DNA from: Chrysomallon squamiferum
Taxonomy: Eukaryota; Animalia; Mollusca
Assembly (NCBI GenBank): GCA_012295275.1
Contig: CM022675.1
Location: forward strand, 11,966,001-12,030,000
Direction: 5' to 3'
DNA length: 64,000 nt
Part shown: positions 61,067 through 64,000 of the stretch, piece by piece
How the letters are laid out: each line of letters starts with the position of its first letter
How positions within the stretch are numbered: the first letter of the stretch is position 1
Program-made: the position numbers and the translations under genes
Notes under the pieces: model-generated
Told to the model about the DNA's origin: nothing
Databases searched by the model: none
Seen by the model: the letters and a program-made list of their open reading frames with translations, nothing else

Positions 61067-63491
61067 CATTCATTCAAAAAAATCTTAAGGTTTGTTATGA
61101 ATCCTAAATTTGCTTAAATTATTATAAGTTCTAATGATAGCAAATTAAATTCACCTATCATCAAACAGCAAATTAAAGTGAATGATCCATCTGATTTTTT
61201 TTTTTTTAATCTCTATACATATTAGTAAATCCCTTGAAATTAATTGAATAGAATAGATATATATTGTAAGTATCAAAAGCATTATCTAATTGGCTATGGT
61301 ACTAAGAATATTGGTATTAAATATTGTGTAAACTAGCTAGAGTAAAATAAAATACTAAAATACTTCCTGTTTCTTTGGATCATTATTATTGTACTATACA
61401 TAATGCCTTCAAATCCTACTAAACTGGTTCTTAAAAGTGCTAACTAAAATGAGGTCAAAACCTATTCAGTTCAACACTATTTACCTGTGATATGTGAAAT
61501 ATGTGATACTTTAAAGCTATTTTTGCATTTGAATTTGATTAATTAATGTGATAAAGGGAAAAAAAAAAAAAAAAAAAATCTTTTGGGCATGTTTTTTTTA
61601 AAAAAAATTTAATTTATTTTCCTAATGAAATTTAATAAATATTATGTTTTTCCTCTAGAAAGCTAGAAAGGTGGATAAAACTTAAGGGAATTCAAATCTG
61701 ACAGAATCAGGCATTTCAGACTTATACATGATTACTTAAATAGTTTTTTCATCTAGCAGTGTTCCCGAACACAAAAAAATAAAATATCATTATAAAAACT
61801 ATACATTCAGCTATCATGAATTCAAAATTTGATGACTTTTAATATTCAAATTATACAAATATTTCATAAAGCATCTAAATATCCAGTTTAAAAAATACTC
61901 CTAAAATAACAGAATAATACCGTCATATAAATTTGTCGGCCATTTTAAAAAAATAAAATATTATTAAAACTTTTACAGCCAACATGTTGATTTTGTTATT
62001 CTATAAAAAGATATAATTAACAATATCAAATCTGACATCTAAAATAATGTAATTAAATTGTAAAACAAACAGACAGCCATCTTAATTCTTATAATGGTAA
62101 CTTAAATATCACATTATACAAAATTTAAAATCGGCCATCTTGAAATTATATATTCCATTCTGAAATAATACACCAGCATTATAAAACCAAAACATTAAGC
62201 CATAATGGCTCTGATATTTAAAATAATACATTAACATTATAAAAGCAAAAGAGACAATCATCTTGATTTTTATACCTGGTAAATATACAAATATATTTTA
62301 AAAATTGGCCATCTTGGAATCAGCCATAGAGCAAAAATAATAAGATAACATTAAAAACAACAAAGTGATTCTTGTTAATGTTAACCTAAATATATGAATT
62401 ATAAAATCAGCCATCTTGAAACATGACATATGCTGCTAATATAACATAATTCACACAAAACCTCTACATTCAGACATATTGAAATGTTTTTTCTCATGAC
62501 TTTAAGTATGTTATTAATGAAAGAAATGCATAAAACTGACAGAAACAGATGTTCTTAGTATGTATGTAGTAAGATAAACCAAAAAGCACTCTGTATGTCT
62601 CACCTGAACTAAAATATTTACATTTTATATCTTTCCATAAACAGATATTTTTACATTATGTTTTTTTATCACATTGATTTTTTTCAAGTGTGAGTTTTTT
62701 GGAAATGGCAAATGCTTACATCTATATAGTTATACTGAGTTAGTTTTATTTAGATTTAATATGTACATGTTACAGCTTTTGTTGAAAATTTTTCATCTAA
62801 ACAATTCTTTGGATTATTTATGGCCTATAACCAAGGATTTCAGATTTTGATCTTGACTTATATATGAATTATATATAACAGGCCTACCTACGCAGTATAC
62901 ATATACACTTAAACACATGAAATATATATCATATACAAAAATGTACACAAATATATAAACAAACCGAAAGTTACAACTTGTAAACATAATTATTTATAAA
63001 CATGAATATACTTTGTTATGTAACCACTGTTAACAGAAATGTTACTACAAATAAGATTTAGAAGTAAATATAGATGTACGTATGTGTGTCTGTACAAACA
63101 CACGTATCAGAACTTATTAATTCTTTTATATTTAAAATGCATAAATCATTATCGTCTTTGTATGATGAACGACAAAAATACCAAATTCCTTGACAAGCAA
63201 GATATATTTTCAGAATTCAGGTGAGCTGTAAGAGACATAGAAGATGTAAAGTTTGTCCATGTGTCTGTGTTAATCAGGGTTTTATCAAATGCTTTCCAAG
63301 CAAATGATAAGAATATATTTTTTTCCACCCCAACTTTCAAGTCTTTTATAAGAAATATTGTCAGATACAAATATATAAAAAATTTCACAGACCACACACT
63401 ACTAGCTAACATCAAAACTCAATAACAAAAATGGCACAATTGAAAAAAAAAAATGTTTTAGAAATTTTTCAAAATGGCAACTGTCCGTCAT

Positions 63492-63767
63492 TTACACTTT
63501 CTGCTCTGCTTCTTTGGTGTGCGAATTATTCACCAGCTTTTCTTCTTCTTCCTTCTCGTCTTCGTTTTCTTCTTTCGCTTCTTCGGCTATGTCATGAAGT
63601 CCGAAAGCTATCTCTCCTTCCTCCAGATCTTTCTCGTTGTCCTCGTCACCTTCGGCTTTAGACCATTCCTGTACCTCACCCAGACCCATGATAGCGTAGT
63701 AGACAGCGCCGAAGAAGTAGACGCCAGCAGCGATGTAGAAGACTAACTGCCACTCTTGTCGTGTTCC
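63492..63767 (-). CDS. Terminal exon of a second SLC17/sialin-like transporter (gene continues beyond the right edge)
   Basis: Acceptor TTTCACAG then GTRQEWQLVFYIAAGVYFFGAVYYAIMGLGEVQEWS and an acidic tail to the stop. Same phase and motifs as exon 48025-47780. Confidence 0.85.
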   Translation of the reverse strand, partial: GTRQEWQLVFYIAAGVYFFGAVYYAIMGLGEVQEWSKAEGDEDNEKDLEEGEIAFGLHDIAEEAKEENEDEKEEEEKLVNNSHTKEAEQKV

Positions 63768-64000
63768 CTGTGAAAAAAAATATTAAAAATAAAATAAAGA
63801 ATGAATGTATAAATAATATAAAATAAAAAAAATATATTAATAAAAATAAATAAATAAAAACAAAATAAATAAATAAAAACAAAATAAATAAAATTAATTA
63901 AAATAAAATAAAATAAAATAGAATGGAATAAAATAAATAAATAAATAAAATAAAATAAAATAAATGATTGACAATCCTTTATTTTTAAATGAGATCTTCA

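Overview
AT-rich, microsatellite-dense animal genomic DNA with intron-rich genes. It is probably molluscan, inferred from EGF+ZP genes of the shell-matrix EGF-like-domain-protein type. The left 37 kb is a cluster of EGF-EGF-ZP-furin site-TM paralogues. It holds an intact copy B (+, CDS 28043-34949, about 445 aa), a frameshifted copy A (-, 6927-13400), the promoter and first exon of a copy C running off the left edge (-), and two orphan fragments (exons 10-11 on + at 2.3-3.7 kb, exon 9 on - at 37 kb). All three promoters share a conserved dual-CCAAT/TATA module. Between A and B lies an 11-exon, about 286-aa gene of no recognisable family with an internally repeated motif; the ORF track shows only pieces of it. 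The right half has an atypical class A GPCR with an interrupted, very long ICL3, a sialin-like SLC17 transporter with a long N-terminal extension, and the last exon of a second SLC17. A decayed Tc1 transposase, a TIR element, SINE-like relics and several minisatellites are also present. Exon models were built by hand from GT-AG sites and phase continuity; no expression data or database searches were available.
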